Below the pieces are notes generated by a model that saw only the letters and a list, made by a program, of their open reading frames with translations, was not told the origin of the DNA and did not search any database. This document shows positions 48,320-61,718 of a stretch of 64,000 nt of DNA, piece after piece. The translations under genes and the position numbers were made by a program. The stretch is from Nageia nagi (taxonomy: Eukaryota > Plantae > Pinophyta): the NCBI GenBank assembly GCA_050084985.1, contig JBITNC010000001.1:49290001-49354000 (forward strand), read 5' to 3'. The first letter of the stretch is position 1. Each line of letters starts with the position of its first letter.

Positions 48320-51300
48320 CTATAGTTGGTTATAAACAGTCAAATCGAAGTGAAGGAAGAACATGGGAAGAACTTGTTTTTGAATGAAAACTCTAGTTAG
48401 ATGACATAAAGTGGAATCAAAGTTAGAATATGTTCACTAAACATGCATGCTATGCAAAGAGCAACAATTTGGAGCAATTGAACACTTTAAAGGATTTTAA
48501 ACAAATTTTCCTAAAACTCATAAGTTTTCAAAGAAAAATACGAGAGCATTTAAATTATAGCAAAAGGTTCTCGATTAATTCCACAACACCACAATGATAT
48601 ATTCACTTTTCCCTTTTTAGTTACCACTTTGCATTACTTATAAAAGAGTTGTACAAAAAAATTTGGATTTTCTCTTCAATTACAAAAAAAAATTGGTTTT
48701 TCTCCAAATTTCTGTTGGAAACTGAATCCTTAGGTATTAAGGTTGAATGTAAATAATTAGATTTAGATGTTATAAGTGTGTAGATGTGAGAAAGAATTTT
48801 ATATTTATGTATTTTCGGATGTGTTGGAGAAATTCCAAAGGTCATAGTAAGATGAAGTTGTAGAGTCTTTAGGCAGTTAAAGAGTCTCTTCAAGAAGGTG
48901 AAGTGATAAGCCACTTTTTCCTCTATTTACGAATGTTGTATTGACGTAATACCTAAATATGGGCCTTACAGTGGTATCAGAGCTTGGCGCATTTTTTGGC
49001 TTCCCATGCGAGTTTCTTCTTGCAAATTCGAGTAGACTCCAATCTTCCATTTTTGTGCATAACTTTTAGTATGGTTATCCATCTTCAGTTCTATGAAAAG
49101 TTTTGGATACCCATTTCTATTAAATTCTTACATAAAAGTTTTTAGAGGCTGCCATTGTTTATTTCTTCTTCTATTCATGGGTTTTTCAATGTTTTTCTTC
49201 ATGAGTGAAACTGTTGTTGTTCTTCCTTCTGTATGTGTTTTTTTGGTGGTAGATGTTGGTTTGTTTTTATGGTTAGTGTTCTGATAGCAATGCCATATCA
49301 ACCTTTGTTGTAGATATACCCTTCTTTCCATGCTATAGAGTTGGTTGTTTCATACTGAATCTATAAAGAAATTTCAAGAAAAATCTATGTGTTTTTGTTA
49401 CTAAGGAGGTAAAAGTTGTTTGATGGTTGCATTTAATTACTTGGTTGTGTATTCTTGTTGATTTTATCTATTATGGCTGAGCAGCTCTTTGCATTTTTGG
49501 GTTTGGTTGTGCAAAGTGGTTCTTCTAGAAGGCATATATTTCTTCACAAAAATGCATTCCCTTGTTTCTATTGTTGGAGTTGTTTTGATCGGAAAAGAGA
49601 ATTGGGAAGAACGGCATAGAAAAATTATACACTCTGATTTTCAATGATTTTTAGGATGGTGACAATCCTCCTACTAAGCCAACGAATGCAAAGGAGCTTG
49701 CAATATGAAATGTAAAGAACAAGAAAGCTTATGCCTTGATTTCTTCTTCGAAGAGTAAGAAATTAGCCACCACATCAAGTCTGTTCCAGGTGATGCTTAG
49801 AAAGCTTTAAAGAAATTGAAGGACTTGTATGATACTCACTCTGAGTTGGAATTTATCCAACTTCAATTGAAGCTCTCCAACCTTGAGTTGAAGGATGGTG
49901 ATCCCATGGCTTTGCTTCAGAAGTCAAAGCTGTTATGCATGATCTTGATGCTCCGGGTGTCAAAATTGATATTTCTCTCACGGTCTACATCAAAGCTTTC
50001 TATCCTACCTATTCCAACTATCTTGAATCACTTCAAGCAAGTGGTAATTTGAAGTCTCTTACATTTGATCTTTTGGTTACGAAAATTGTTGAACGTGAAA
50101 AGGTTTTTGGAAAGAAGTTGGATAGTGAAACTCTTTGTATTTCTCAAAGGTGGAAGAATCGTTCTCAAGATTCTCCTAAACAAGAAGGTAGCTCAAAAGG
50201 AAAAACAAACAATAAAGAAAAGGGGAACAAAATCAAAATGAGAAAACTATTTCTTTTTGTGATCATTGTGAGCAAAAAGGTCATAATGCCAAAAATTGTT
50301 GGGCACCATGGGAAAAGATTAAAGAAAAGAGGGAGAATAATAAAGATAAATACAAGGTGGTCTATGATGACAATGCTTTTGATTCCACCCATGCCATTTT
50401 TGTAGATTGTAATAATGGAACTTATGAGTACTTGGGTTGTAATTGACCCCTTCGGATTATAGGGGGGAACTTGGGCTTAATCCTTGAGGTGGAACTTTTG
50501 AAGAGATTGCTTATTTTTTTGTTGGTGAGGAGTCTTCTACACACCTTGAGGCACATCTTTTTATTTCATTCTTAATCCCTTTTAGATTAAGAGGGGATGT
50601 TGGAAACCTAATCCTTAAGGATTAAGGTCGAATGTAAATACTTAGATTTAGGTGTTATAAGTCTGTATGTGGGAAAAAGTATTTTATATTTATGTATTTT
50701 TCGGATTTGTGTTTTGGAGAAATTCCAAAGGTCATAGTAAGATGAAGTTGTAGAGTCTTTAGGCGGTTAAAGAGTCTCTTGAGGAAGGTGAAGTGATAAG
50801 CCACTTTTTCCTCTATTTATGAATTGTATTGATGTAATACATGAATTTTGGAGTTAATAGAATTTGGATTTACAAATCTAAGAGTGGGCCTTACAATTTC
50901 ACCCTGGAACAAATGTGACCCCATAGGGTCTATTTATAGACTTTTTTTGGGATTTTTCCAAAAACTTGAAAAAGCTAAATTTTGAAATTTAAAGCTAATT
51001 GATATTACATTTCGGGTTGTGGGATACAACACTCATCCCATCAAAAGAATAGGTTAACAAAAATAGAAGTTTGCATCTTATGCAATGGATCTGGAGCCAT
51101 TCTAGACATTTTTGGAGCTTTTTGCATGTATTTTGGAGATGAATGACCATTAACTTTCAACTCTGCATGTTTGACTATCTTGCAATGTTCCTAAGGTTAA
51201 AGATGCTAGATTCAAGGTGCTTGACAATACCCATGTTTTAGAATTTGATTCTGAACCTTTTGTCGAAATAACTCCATTCACACTGGTGAAAACAAGTGGT

Positions 51301-51550
51301 TTGAGCTTTTTCACAAGGCTAGAAAACATGCACCTAGGTGGGAGAGGTAGCAAATTTGATTAATTTGGAGCTTCCTTTGGCCAAGATGATTGAAATTGTA
51401 TTGTTCTCATGCTCATGATTTCAAATTTTAATTTGAAAAATGCCATTTTGCATGCTAGATAAGGTTTTCTCTCTCCAAGGGGGTGTTTTTGCATGCTAAA
51501 CATGGCTAAAGATGGAAAAAATGCGCCTAGTCCCCATGTGCACAATTTTG
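48320..51550 (-). mobile_element. Fragment of the Tat-like LTR family, interrupted by the gag-only element
   Basis: 48335-48712 and 50901-51550 resemble 15140-16100 (e.g. GACCCC...TATTTATA). Confidence 0.55.
48713..50895 (+). mobile_element. Small non-autonomous gag-only LTR element (TR-GAG-like, copia-type gag)
   Basis: LTRs 48713-48970 and 50598-50895; TSD ATTTC; PBS TGGTATCAGAGC 48972-48983; PPT AAGAGGGGA; decayed gag with CDHCEQKGHNAKNC; no pol. Confidence 0.92.
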
Positions 51551-52049
51551 CTCTTTTTGCAAAATTTCAAAAGCTAAAACCATACTCCCAGCAAACACTT
51601 GCGACATGAAAAGACAACGAGCCAGGCATCATTCCTAAATCTTCAAGCATTTGTGATCTCTGCCCAGCACTCTCGTAATCGTGGATGAGTGTGACAACCA
51701 CCTACGTTGAAAATTGCATCATGCATTTTGTCAGCCTGTTGATCCTTTGATTGTCGATGTTGCCTAAGCAATAGGAGATCGAACATAGCGTGTTACGCAT
51801 CCATTCTTCCTCATCTATATGCGTTGGAAGGGAATCAGTCCTCTAGCTCATTTGCCTAACAGTCAACTCTACCCTTACATTGAGAGAGAGGCGATTGAAG
51901 ACTATTGTTTGCATTGTGCATACAAACACCATTCACATAGTAGATCGCGCAAGTCTCTTCTTTCATTTTGCATTAGGCGCACCTCAGGATTGCAGTCTAA
52001 GCTTCGTTCACGATCATGTCTCTCTCTAGGCTAGACATTGAATGCCTTT

Positions 52050-52618
52050 ATCTTCACTTGTAGGATTCAACATCGCTTAGTGCTTAGCTCCATTTTAGGC
52101 TCAAAATGGGCATGTTTCAGCTTTAAATTTGCAATTTTAAGTCCCTCTTGAGGTGTGCCTAGTAGAATGTGCCAATTTCAAGTTACTTAGGCACTTTAGA
52201 CAATGCTACACTCATGAAAATATTTTCTTGTTTTTCGAAAACCAATTCTTTATTTTGTTCTCCATTTTTATTTTCTTTGTTTTCTTTTTCTTTGACAAAT
52301 TAGTTCTTTCCATTAGCTACACTTTAAATCTTGACAAGAACTTGAACTTCAAAGAGTCTTAGCAAGGATAGGAAGATCGTTTGAAAAGCTAGAAATGTAC
52401 TCTAGATGCCTGTAAAAATGTGGGTAATAGTTGCATTTCTACTTGACTGGATCATTCCAGGATTTTATTGCAAAATATAGACATTTTAAGATAGAAACCT
52501 GAGGGTATCAGTTCTTTCAAGCAGGGGTAGGTAAAGGGTACCTCACTCAGATGTTGGAACGCTTGACCATTTACCATCTTGGTGGTATTTTGTAGGAGGA
52601 ATGAAAAACGTCCCAACA
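52050..52618 (+). mobile_element. Truncated LTR 3' end (Tat-like family)
   Basis: Similar to 7880-8237; ends in CCCAACA. Confidence 0.65.
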
Positions 52619-53277
52619 TATTCCCAAAGGGGTTGCCCCAAAGAGGCCTACTGGAAAGATCTCAACACCAACAATCTCAAGTATGAAGTTTGTAAGTTTT
52701 ATGACAAAGAACCCCATCAAAATGTACTTTTATGCAATGCAAAGATCAAAGGATATGATGTGTAAGTGCTCGATTGTTTGGCAAAAATGTAACATAAGCC
52801 TATATGCACCAAAGATAGCTTCATTCATAGGAATGAGTTCACAAGCGACGATGGTGATGTCGACTAGAGTTACAAGTTTCATGAATGACAATGCAAGGCC
52901 CAATGACCAATCAAACATTCTCTTCATCCATATTTTGTTAGCATTTGTGTTTTATTTAAAAAGGTGTTTTTTGTTTTGTTAGTATATAAATTAAAATTAA
53001 ATATTAAAAAAAAGTTGAGAAGGTGTATTTTTAGGATTTAAATATTGTTAGATATATAAATAGAAGAAGGCCACCCAATTACAATGGTTTGCCAAATAGA
53101 AAAAGGCCACCCAAAGACTTAGACCTATAACGAATGAAAAGGCAAACAAGAGGTTCTGACCTAGTCCTAAGGCAACCTTATGACCTTGTGGTGGTTCACA
53201 AAAGGCTTTGACCTTATGACATTAAACAAAAATTCAAATTAGGGTTTCCAACTTCTCCACATGCTGGCAAGATCAAA

Positions 53278-54197
53278 GCTCAGATACCATTGAAATATCC
53301 CAAATTAGAGGCATTGAGTTTCTTAACAATTATTGTTATTCTTAATTAATCCTTTTTGCTCCAAACCTAGAAATTAAGTAAAAGAACTCAAAATTACCAA
53401 AAATAAATTATTTAATTATTCCAAGCATACGTCCAACCATGAAACTCAAGATATATTTGAAATGCTGCTCAAGATGACACAAAAATAGGTGACAAGTGTA
53501 AATATGCTCAAATAATATTTATTAAGCAAAGAATGACCTCGAAAAGCTCAAAATATGCCAAGAAGGGGTGGCATTCCATCAAGGGATTTGAACACCACTT
53601 TTTGAATCTAAAAAAACTGAACGTCTTACTCTACGCTTGAAGATGGGATTCTAAAATTTTGTCTTCAACTTCAAATTAGACGCAAGATTGACCTTCACAA
53701 ACAAATATTTTTCATCCGAAGTAGTTATAGCTCTAAGGCTTCCAACTACTGGTTTTTTGAATAAGGTGTTCTATCTGAGCACTTCAATAGGTGTTCGTCT
53801 GCAAGAGGAATGGATGCACCAAATCATCCAATCGCATGCTCCAAGGGTTTGCAATAACAAGTAGTTTTGTTGATAGAAGATAACATCCTTCCAAATGAGC
53901 GCTCATCCTCCTTATATAGTGTGCTTGGAGAGATTACATTTCTTTTCTTTGGTTGGCCGACCCAACCCAACAATATAATATTAAATGACTCCTAGATTTA
54001 AAATGAACCTATCCTTGTTGGACACCAAGTCTTGGGGAGACAAATTAAATCCCAAGTTACAAATATAGGCCTACTTTATTAAAAATAATAAAAGACTCCT
54101 AATTAACTCTAATTAATTCCCAATACCCCTAGAAAGGAGGTTTCCACCTTGTGATGCTCAATTAAAGCATTTTTGCACCCAAGAATGAGGCATCACA
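53278..54197 (-). mobile_element. 5' LTR (53291-54197) with Met-type PBS, internal region lost
   Basis: TGGTATCTGAGC on the minus strand adjacent to the LTR end; similar to 36250-36550. Confidence 0.7.
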
Positions 54198-54341
54198 CAA
54201 TATTATTTTTAAGTGCCACAACGAAACTATTTATAGAGAAATCATAAAAAATCACAGAAATAGAGGGGCATCCCACTTTGTCATAAACTTAGGAATTGCA
54301 TAAATTACCATGAACACGAGATTTCATTTTGGGACATTACA

Positions 54342-54626
54342 ATCTCAAATGCCAAAGCCAATTCTTGTTTTCAATTGCAACATTTGCTACTTGGGCACCT
54401 TCCCTTCCAAATGTTAGAGTAAACAGTCTATTCTTGGTCATTGGGACTGTGGTGACCAACCTATGACTATTATTTTTATCATGTATTACACATTTTCCAT
54501 CTTCAAAACCAATTTTGGAATTCCTTTCCATTATTTGGCCCACACTTAGCAAATTGTGCTTGAGTTTTGGAGTGTAGTAGATGATATTTACCTTCTTGGT
54601 GCCTTCATTTGTGTTGACCTCCACCA
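54342..54626 (-). pseudogene. Ty1/copia pol fragment (protease C-terminus to GAG-pre-integrase)
   Basis: YYTPKLKHNLLSVGQI..FEDGKCVIHDK..MTKNRLFTL..WLWHLRL; bounded by LTR ends on both sides. Confidence 0.88.
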
Positions 54627-57600
54627 TGTTGTGCCTGCACAATATACCCTTAAATCTAGCAATTTTGGGGGCTCTTCTTCAGCCAGAGCAATAAAAAGAA
54701 ACACCTTGGAAACACAAGATGAAGCAGATCTCAGGGAAAACAGATACTAGAATGAGGAAAATGGCAAATCAATGTCTAGACTACCCAGGAATTTAAAAGA
54801 GCAAATGTACAACATCCAAAGAGTTTCAAGATTGCATGGGTGATTTTGGATCAATCCAATGTTCCAGGAAGCAAAAATGGCTAAATTGCACCTAAACATG
54901 GTCTTAGAGAGATGAAAATGCAAAATTAGAGTGTTAAAGGTGCTAAAAGGTGAAAAAGGATTGAAAAGTCCCTAAGCGCATGAAATTTGGCTCCTAAGAG
55001 TATAAAAATTACAAGAAAGGAGAAAAATAATTCAAGTGCATCATTTTGGGGTACATAGGAAATTCAAATCGACAAAATCTCCCAATTTTCCCTTTAGGTG
55101 CATGAAAACTGGACCTTAAAACATGTGAAAAGTGAAAAATCATAAAAAAATGGGCTCAAGCACATCATTTCAAGGTGTTAAAGTGTTCTAAATGGCAAAA
55201 TATGACACCTCTCCCTTAGGCGCAGGCAAAGCAAGTCTTAAAATGCTTAAGGAAGGTGAATGGGTGCGAAATAGCACTTACAAAGTGGTTTTAGAATGAC
55301 AAAAAAACAAATTTTTAATATTTCAAGGTTTAAAAAGACTCTTGGGACTCATACACATGATTTAGGGACCTTAAAAGGGGCAAAAGAAGACAAAAATGGT
55401 CCAAAATCACTCTATTGTGCCGGCACAACACTCCCAAAAAATTTCAAAAATTTGGAGAACCCAATTTTGATCAATGAGGTGTTTAAACGGTTTAAAAAGA
55501 GATTAGAACCTTGAAAATGCAATAAGTGTTGAAATCCCATGAAAGTCCTCTTTAAAATGCTTAAAAGACAAGTCGCACCTAAAAAGGTCTTAAAATGTCT
55601 TAAAATAACTTTTGCATTATTTAAAGGTCTTACGAACTCAAATGGTTAAGTCGAATCAAATCAAAATCTTAAAATAACCCAAAAAATAAAGTCGCATCAA
55701 AATGGGATCTTATGAGAGTTAAAATGTCACAAATATGCAAAAATCTAAAAAATGTGTAAAATCCCTTTTATCATACCATTTTGGAAGGATGAAGAGTTGA
55801 ATTATTATTATTTTAATACAAAATCACTTAATTGCACTTTTTGAGATCATTAAAAATCATAAGGGATCTAAACCATGATAACAACCCTTCTTTCCCTTCC
55901 TAAAACATATAAAATTGAAATATTAAAAGAGTCTAAAGTCTTTAAAAAAGGCGGTGCATATGAAGTATTAAAAAAAAATCATAGTATTAAAAGATATGCG
56001 GGCTCTCGCCTCCTTGGCCATACCAAATAAAAACATTGAGAAGTTTAAAAACTTAAAAGCTTACAAACCTCTCTTCCTTTACCTAGTCCCATGAAATCAA
56101 AATATTAAGAGGGTTAAGTGGTTTAAAGCAGGCAATAAGAAATAATTCGCATCATCACAAGTCAATAGAGAATTTAAGCTAAACTTTTGGTGCGAAGGGT
56201 TTGCTTGTGAAGATATCTTGTGCACAACAGATGGCGGCGCTGCAGAGAACCTAAACAAGGGAAACCCAAGATGTAGAGGAGAGGCAGATCTGGTCGTGTT
56301 CAACCTGGAGAACGCTTTCATCTTTATCCAAGATGTGTGTATGAGGCAATTCAGAATTATCAGTTGCAGGAACTTCCGCGAACACCTTTGCAGTCCATTT
56401 GTTGGCAACTTAAGAGCCACTTGGAAGCATGAATGAATTCTTATCCAATGCATTGCAGCCACCAGAGCCACTTGCAGTTCAAAATGCAGTTGAGTTCTTG
56501 AAGATGATTGTAAGCCTTGGATAGGAAGGAAAATTTAGCTAATCATGGACACTACTAGATCCTAAGTTTAGTAAAATGCTGAAAGATGCAGGTTTGGTGG
56601 ATGCTGATCCCAAGTGCTGGCATCATTTACGTTGTGCACATAGAAAGGTCAATGTCATTGAAGACCATGAATGATGGGCAATTCATGCTTTATGCTAATT
56701 CTGTTAATACCAGAAAGCAACAAATTCGCTGCCTCTGGCTGGCGCTAGTGACATAGTTAAAGTAAATGCAGTATATATAGGTGATTCAACAGCTATCTCA
56801 AATTAAAGCTTGCTTCTGTTTGGTGGCTTTCTTTCTGCAATTGAAAATGTTAGAAGGGTACTTAGTGTTCTTTATGCAATCTGATTTGGCTAAAACTTAT
56901 TTGAAACTTAAGGAGGAGCTTGAAAAGTTTATTAAGAAAACTTCAGAATTCAAGTTTGGATATCCATGGAGAAGGCCATCATTTGTGGCTTGGCAAATAT
57001 TTTGTTTTAAATAATATTTGTTTTAAGAGACCTTTTAGTATTTGCTTAGCTTATTTCTTGTGAGGAAAGGTTTTTGCTCCCACAAGCAAAGTATAATCTC
57101 AATATAATTATTAATTTCAGTTTTATTTCATTTGCATTAGGGCAACATTCAAATTAGAGCAACATTAGGCATTTGTGCTTAGAAAAATTATAAATACTTT
57201 TTTGTGGGTCATTTGTAAGAGAAGATGAACTAGTTTCACACTTTTACTAGAGGAGAGTGAAACTCAAGAGGATTATAAACTCTCTCTTTTAGAATGAAAG
57301 CAGCAAAATTTTAGAAGTGAATTTCATCATTTTATGGGATTGTGGATGTGAATTTTTGGATTTGGTATTTTCTTGTTGTGATTCTCATATCGTGTGCATT
57401 TTTTTTTTAAGCTTTGAGTTTTAGGAAAAGTTAGTTGTATATTTTACGAAGTATGTGGATTATTGCTTGATTATATCTTTTGCAATTTGCATGTTAAGTG
57501 GTTGTACTTTAGAATGATTTCTTTCTATGTCATTAGGTTGGAAATACATATTCAAAATGATTCACTCTTCATCTCTATATCTTCAGCCATCGCTCTTGCT

Positions 57601-58950
57601 TCTTGCTCATATTTGCATTCAAGTCGGACTATGTTGTTTGATGCAAATATTGATGAATGAATGCACATTTCCTAATTAATTTGGAAAAGGAAAAATCTAG
57701 ACAATGTACCATTGGTGAAGAATGTTGGATGGCCCTCTTATAGGGATCTAGGAGTGATTTAAGGTAGCTATAATTATTTACATAAGTGTAGTGGGCCATT
57801 ATCTTCCTTTAGATATTAATTTTGTATTTGTAGATCTCATCCTACATGCTCAACATGGGACGCCTCACTTGTGGGGACTTAATGAGATCCCAAAATGTGA
57901 TTTGGTAGGCCCAAAGAGTCATATTTAGGTAGATGCCTCATGTAAAGGCGTATTAAATGTCTTGTAACCCAAAGTAGAATTAGAATGTCTAGGTTGAGTC
58001 ATCCAACCACTTCTAGATGAGATGCCTCCTATAAAAGGCAATTAGAGTCTCATTTGGAGGATATGCTTAATTTTTTTTTTTAATTGTGGGCATGAGCTCT
58101 CTTCCACTCTTGTCTTCACAAGGGAGGTCCTTGAGGTCTTAGCATTATTTTTGGTTTATTCGACTGCTACCTCGAGGTTTGGCATTCCTCTTAGCGTATT
58201 TGACTACCACCATTACTACTGCTAAGTTTCTACCATTGCCAAGGTTCATCTAGCTTGGAGGAGGTCATTCATGGGTCCTGACTACCCAACTTAGTGATCT
58301 TGAAGAGGATGCTTCATCATTGAGGATTCCTGAGTTCGTTTGTATTGCTCGATATGTCATGGAAAGTCATCTTGTTGGGACATCACATCTAGGAGGCCAT
58401 TCTTGGTGCTTAACACCACTCCTTCAGCCTCCCACTGGGTCGCCCACCTCTTGGAGTTAGTTAAAGGCATCTTCAAGGGTTCTTGAGTTGAGATCTAGTC
58501 TCCCTGTCTGAGACGTCTCACTCTAGGGCATCATATATTGCTGCTTTGAGGCTTGTACATCTTTCTCTTGGCTCATTTTATCATTTTGTAATCAAGTTAC
58601 TTTTGTGGCATCATTTACTGGTGTATATTCAAAATCTCTTGCTTGGATGCTAGACATGATGATAATTGAAATGATTCATGCCCTGAGATGGTTCATCCCA
58701 TTTCTTGGAGTTAATTCGGATGCATTTGAGTAATTTTCATGCCCTAGCTAATTTGTCCTATTTTTGGGTAAATAATTGATGCACTTTGAGTATTTAGTAA
58801 TATACCCTCGTGGCTATTGTGTCGATATTGAAGTTTATTGGCCGGATCTGAGTTCATATTTCAGTTTTGAGTAAATTTGCTATCAAGTGTATGTGTGGAT
58901 ATGCCCATGCTCTAGTTTGTGCAAATTAAGGAGTTCCTGATTTCGGATCA
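54627..58950 (+). mobile_element. Large LTR-like insertion(s) starting with the TGTTGTGCCTGCAC terminus; right boundary uncertain
   Basis: Start shared with 20935, 16934 and 11546; internal short repeats; TATA-like motifs at ~57189 and ~58030. Confidence 0.5.
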
Positions 58951-59316
58951 TCAGAGTCTGTTAACTAAAATACTAAATTCCTACAGTTCTAGTAGCTGCC
59001 TTTTCCTCCAACCTTGAGCAATACTAAATGCTTAGACTATTTCCTTCAAGATTATTTAAAAAGTGCTTGTTTGCCTAATTCTAAACACGAAAAAAAAAAA
59101 AACTGGATAGCACTTTCTGTCTCAATTTTCCAAGATTTCTTTAAACATACACCAGCAAAGATTTAATCAACTCTCCACAAGTTCAAAACTTAAGAGAAAA
59201 TAAATCTATAGAAAAATACTTCGTCAAAAGTTACAATACAGCACTTTAGTTAAAAATGTTAAAGTTCAATAGTCTAAAAAAAATCCATTATCATATTACA
59301 GTTAAAGAACTCTTAC

Positions 59317-59421
59317 CCGTCTAGTTCTGACATGCTGCAAATAGATCTCGACAGAAGGATAGAGAAGCTCATTTGTGATATCCATTGACCTTTGTAGGCA
59401 TATAATATCACCATTTATAAG
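59317..59421 (-). CDS. UBP12: Duplicated UBP12-like exon LINGDIICLQRSMDITNELLYPSVEIYLQHVRTRR
   Basis: TAG/GTAAGA, 105 nt, open frame; paralogous to 18027-18131. Confidence 0.88.
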
Positions 59422-59576
59422 CTACAATATAAATGGTTATGTTTGCATAAGATTTTTATAAATTTTGTGATAGAAAGAGTCAAGACTATCCTCTCCAACA
59501 AAATATCAGCAAAGCAAAAGTTTCTCAATAGTGTGCTTATGAAGAACCAAAAAACAAGGCAACACAGCTTCTTCAC

Positions 59577-59645
59577 CTTGTTTTCTTCGTATGTTGCCAT
59601 TATATTGATGAGTCTACACTTAACATCAGGAAGGTAACTGATCTC
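59577..59645 (-). CDS. UBP12: Duplicated UBP12-like exon EISYLPDVKCRLINIMATYEENK
   Basis: CAG/GTGAAG, 69 nt, open frame; paralogous to 18361-18429. Confidence 0.88.
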
Positions 59646-59885
59646 CTGCAAAATCGAATGCATAATATTCACTAAATTAAAACCAAAAATCCAAGTTCAG
59701 GAGTAAAATGAATGTTGATAAGACAATGAACAAGGCATCCTAGAAGACAAACAAAATGAACCAACCACTCAAATGGATAAGTTGTAATTTTCTACAAAGT
59801 GCTATGATTACAATTAACAAGAACTCCAAAACGATGATCATCATCAAGTATCAAAACACAAGATCATATGCTATTCTAAATAAGA

Positions 59886-61273
59886 TGTTGACAAGTGGCA
59901 TGTGTGCTCAAAATCCAATTTTTTTGCAAAACAATGAAATTTGAGGAGGATGTGTAGAATGATCACCCAAATTCACTCTCCTTGAAATTTTTGAAAAATA
60001 TGAAAAAATGAGCAAGTTATGACTAGGCGGCCATTTTAGAGAGGATTTATTTTGAAAAAGCTCGAACCTCTTCCATCTGCTAATGTGAACAAGGGCATTT
60101 TGGCAAAAGGCTCAAAATCAAAATAAACCCAAATACAAGCAAATGGGCTCCATAATCACTCCAGATCCATGCAGATGGGTCGAATTTTTGTTTTTTAGTT
60201 TTTATTGGGATGTATTATTACCCCATTACCAGAAATGTAATTTCAAATTAGCATTTTCTTAGCATCTTAGTGAAAATTAGGGAAAAAAAAAATCTAGAGA
60301 GCATGCAAAACGCACTATCACTATCTAGCATGCAAAATGCACCAAAAAGTCTATAAATAAAAGGCATGGGGTCTCATTTGAGACAAAAAAATAGCAAAAG
60401 TTGAGGAAAATTAGCAAATTGTTGTATCCATGTAATTTTTTGCACAAATTAATACAAAATGGTGGAATACTTGAAACAAAGTGATTTGTCACTTGTGGGA
60501 TTGTGGATTCGACCTTTTTGGAGTTATTTTTGGATGATTTAGATTCTTTCATGCTTTTCCTTAAAAAATTTCAAATTTTAGGAAAACTGTTTGAAATGTT
60601 TTAAAAGTTCTTAAGTCATTCCTAGATCGTTGCCAATCCATAATTTGCACAGTAAGTGAACGTATTATGAAAATTTCTTTCATTCTATGACATCCAATTA
60701 GAATCTTTCATTCGAAACGAAGTTTGTGCGCACTTGTTGTTTTGTGTTTTCTTGATTGCTTATCGATTACACTTAGGTGTATCGATAGCAACTTTGCTCC
60801 CCACTCCTCTTAAGGATAAATTGGATTTAGGTCATTTTATTTTTAGGTTGGAAGACTTTGAATGAGACTTCTTGAATGATCTACAAGCTACAAATCTTAG
60901 ACACTGCTTCATTGTGACTCTTTCTTTGTCATCTAGCTAGTATTGATTCATTCTTGTCTCCTTTTTCCTTTTCTTTATTTTACACTCTTTAAAATCCATA
61001 GCAACTTTCGAACTATCGCATGATAAACACCTCAGTCCCTACAAAAAAATGTATGCTAACAGTTACCAACTCTATCCCACCACTTAGTTGATTCCAAAAA
61101 AGACCTATAATTTAAAGCTTGTATTAATGACACAAGCTTTTGTAAGAAACCTTGGGGTATCATTCCTTATAAGAGGGGTTCAGTAATGCATTCTCACCTA
61201 ATGTTGAGTTGTTTTTCCATCTTGATCATTTCACTATAATCGCCAAGTAAGAGGAAAGATTTTCTTCCCAACA
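59886..61273 (+). mobile_element. Solo-like LTR of the Tat-like family
   Basis: TGTTG...CCCAACA; 60900-61273 matches the reverse complement of 14632-15000; no TSD seen. Confidence 0.7.
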
Positions 61274-61718
61274 GATCCCACTTGGAACACTCATCTTAAC
61301 CTCCCAAGGACTTGCACTAGCTTGATCCTCCATTCCTTGAGTGTAAATCCAGTCCAGAACAAACAATTACACCTCCAAGAGGCTTGCATCAGGTTTATGC
61401 TTTCTATTTCGATGCACATCTCTGTTTAGATAACTCACTCGACTCTCCCAAAACCTACGCTCACCCCTTAGACGTTGGTTGACTTCGAATTTAGCACCAA
61501 ATTGCATAGAAAGTCATGTCTAATCCATAAATACACACATCCTTGGGTTCTCAGCCTACTAATCGTAAGAAAACCCTAGGATTTGCTTATAAAAGAGAAG
61601 CCTACCCTCATTATTGTATCACAAATTTGCTCTCTCTCCAAATTCGCTAGGGCATCCAAGTGAGCAAGTCTTTGTAACAATCCAAATGAGATCTCAAGGT
61701 AAAATCAACAAATTTTAT

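Noticed and set aside
56097-56471. 124-aa ORF
   Set aside because: Lies within LTR-like sequence and has no recognisable motif.
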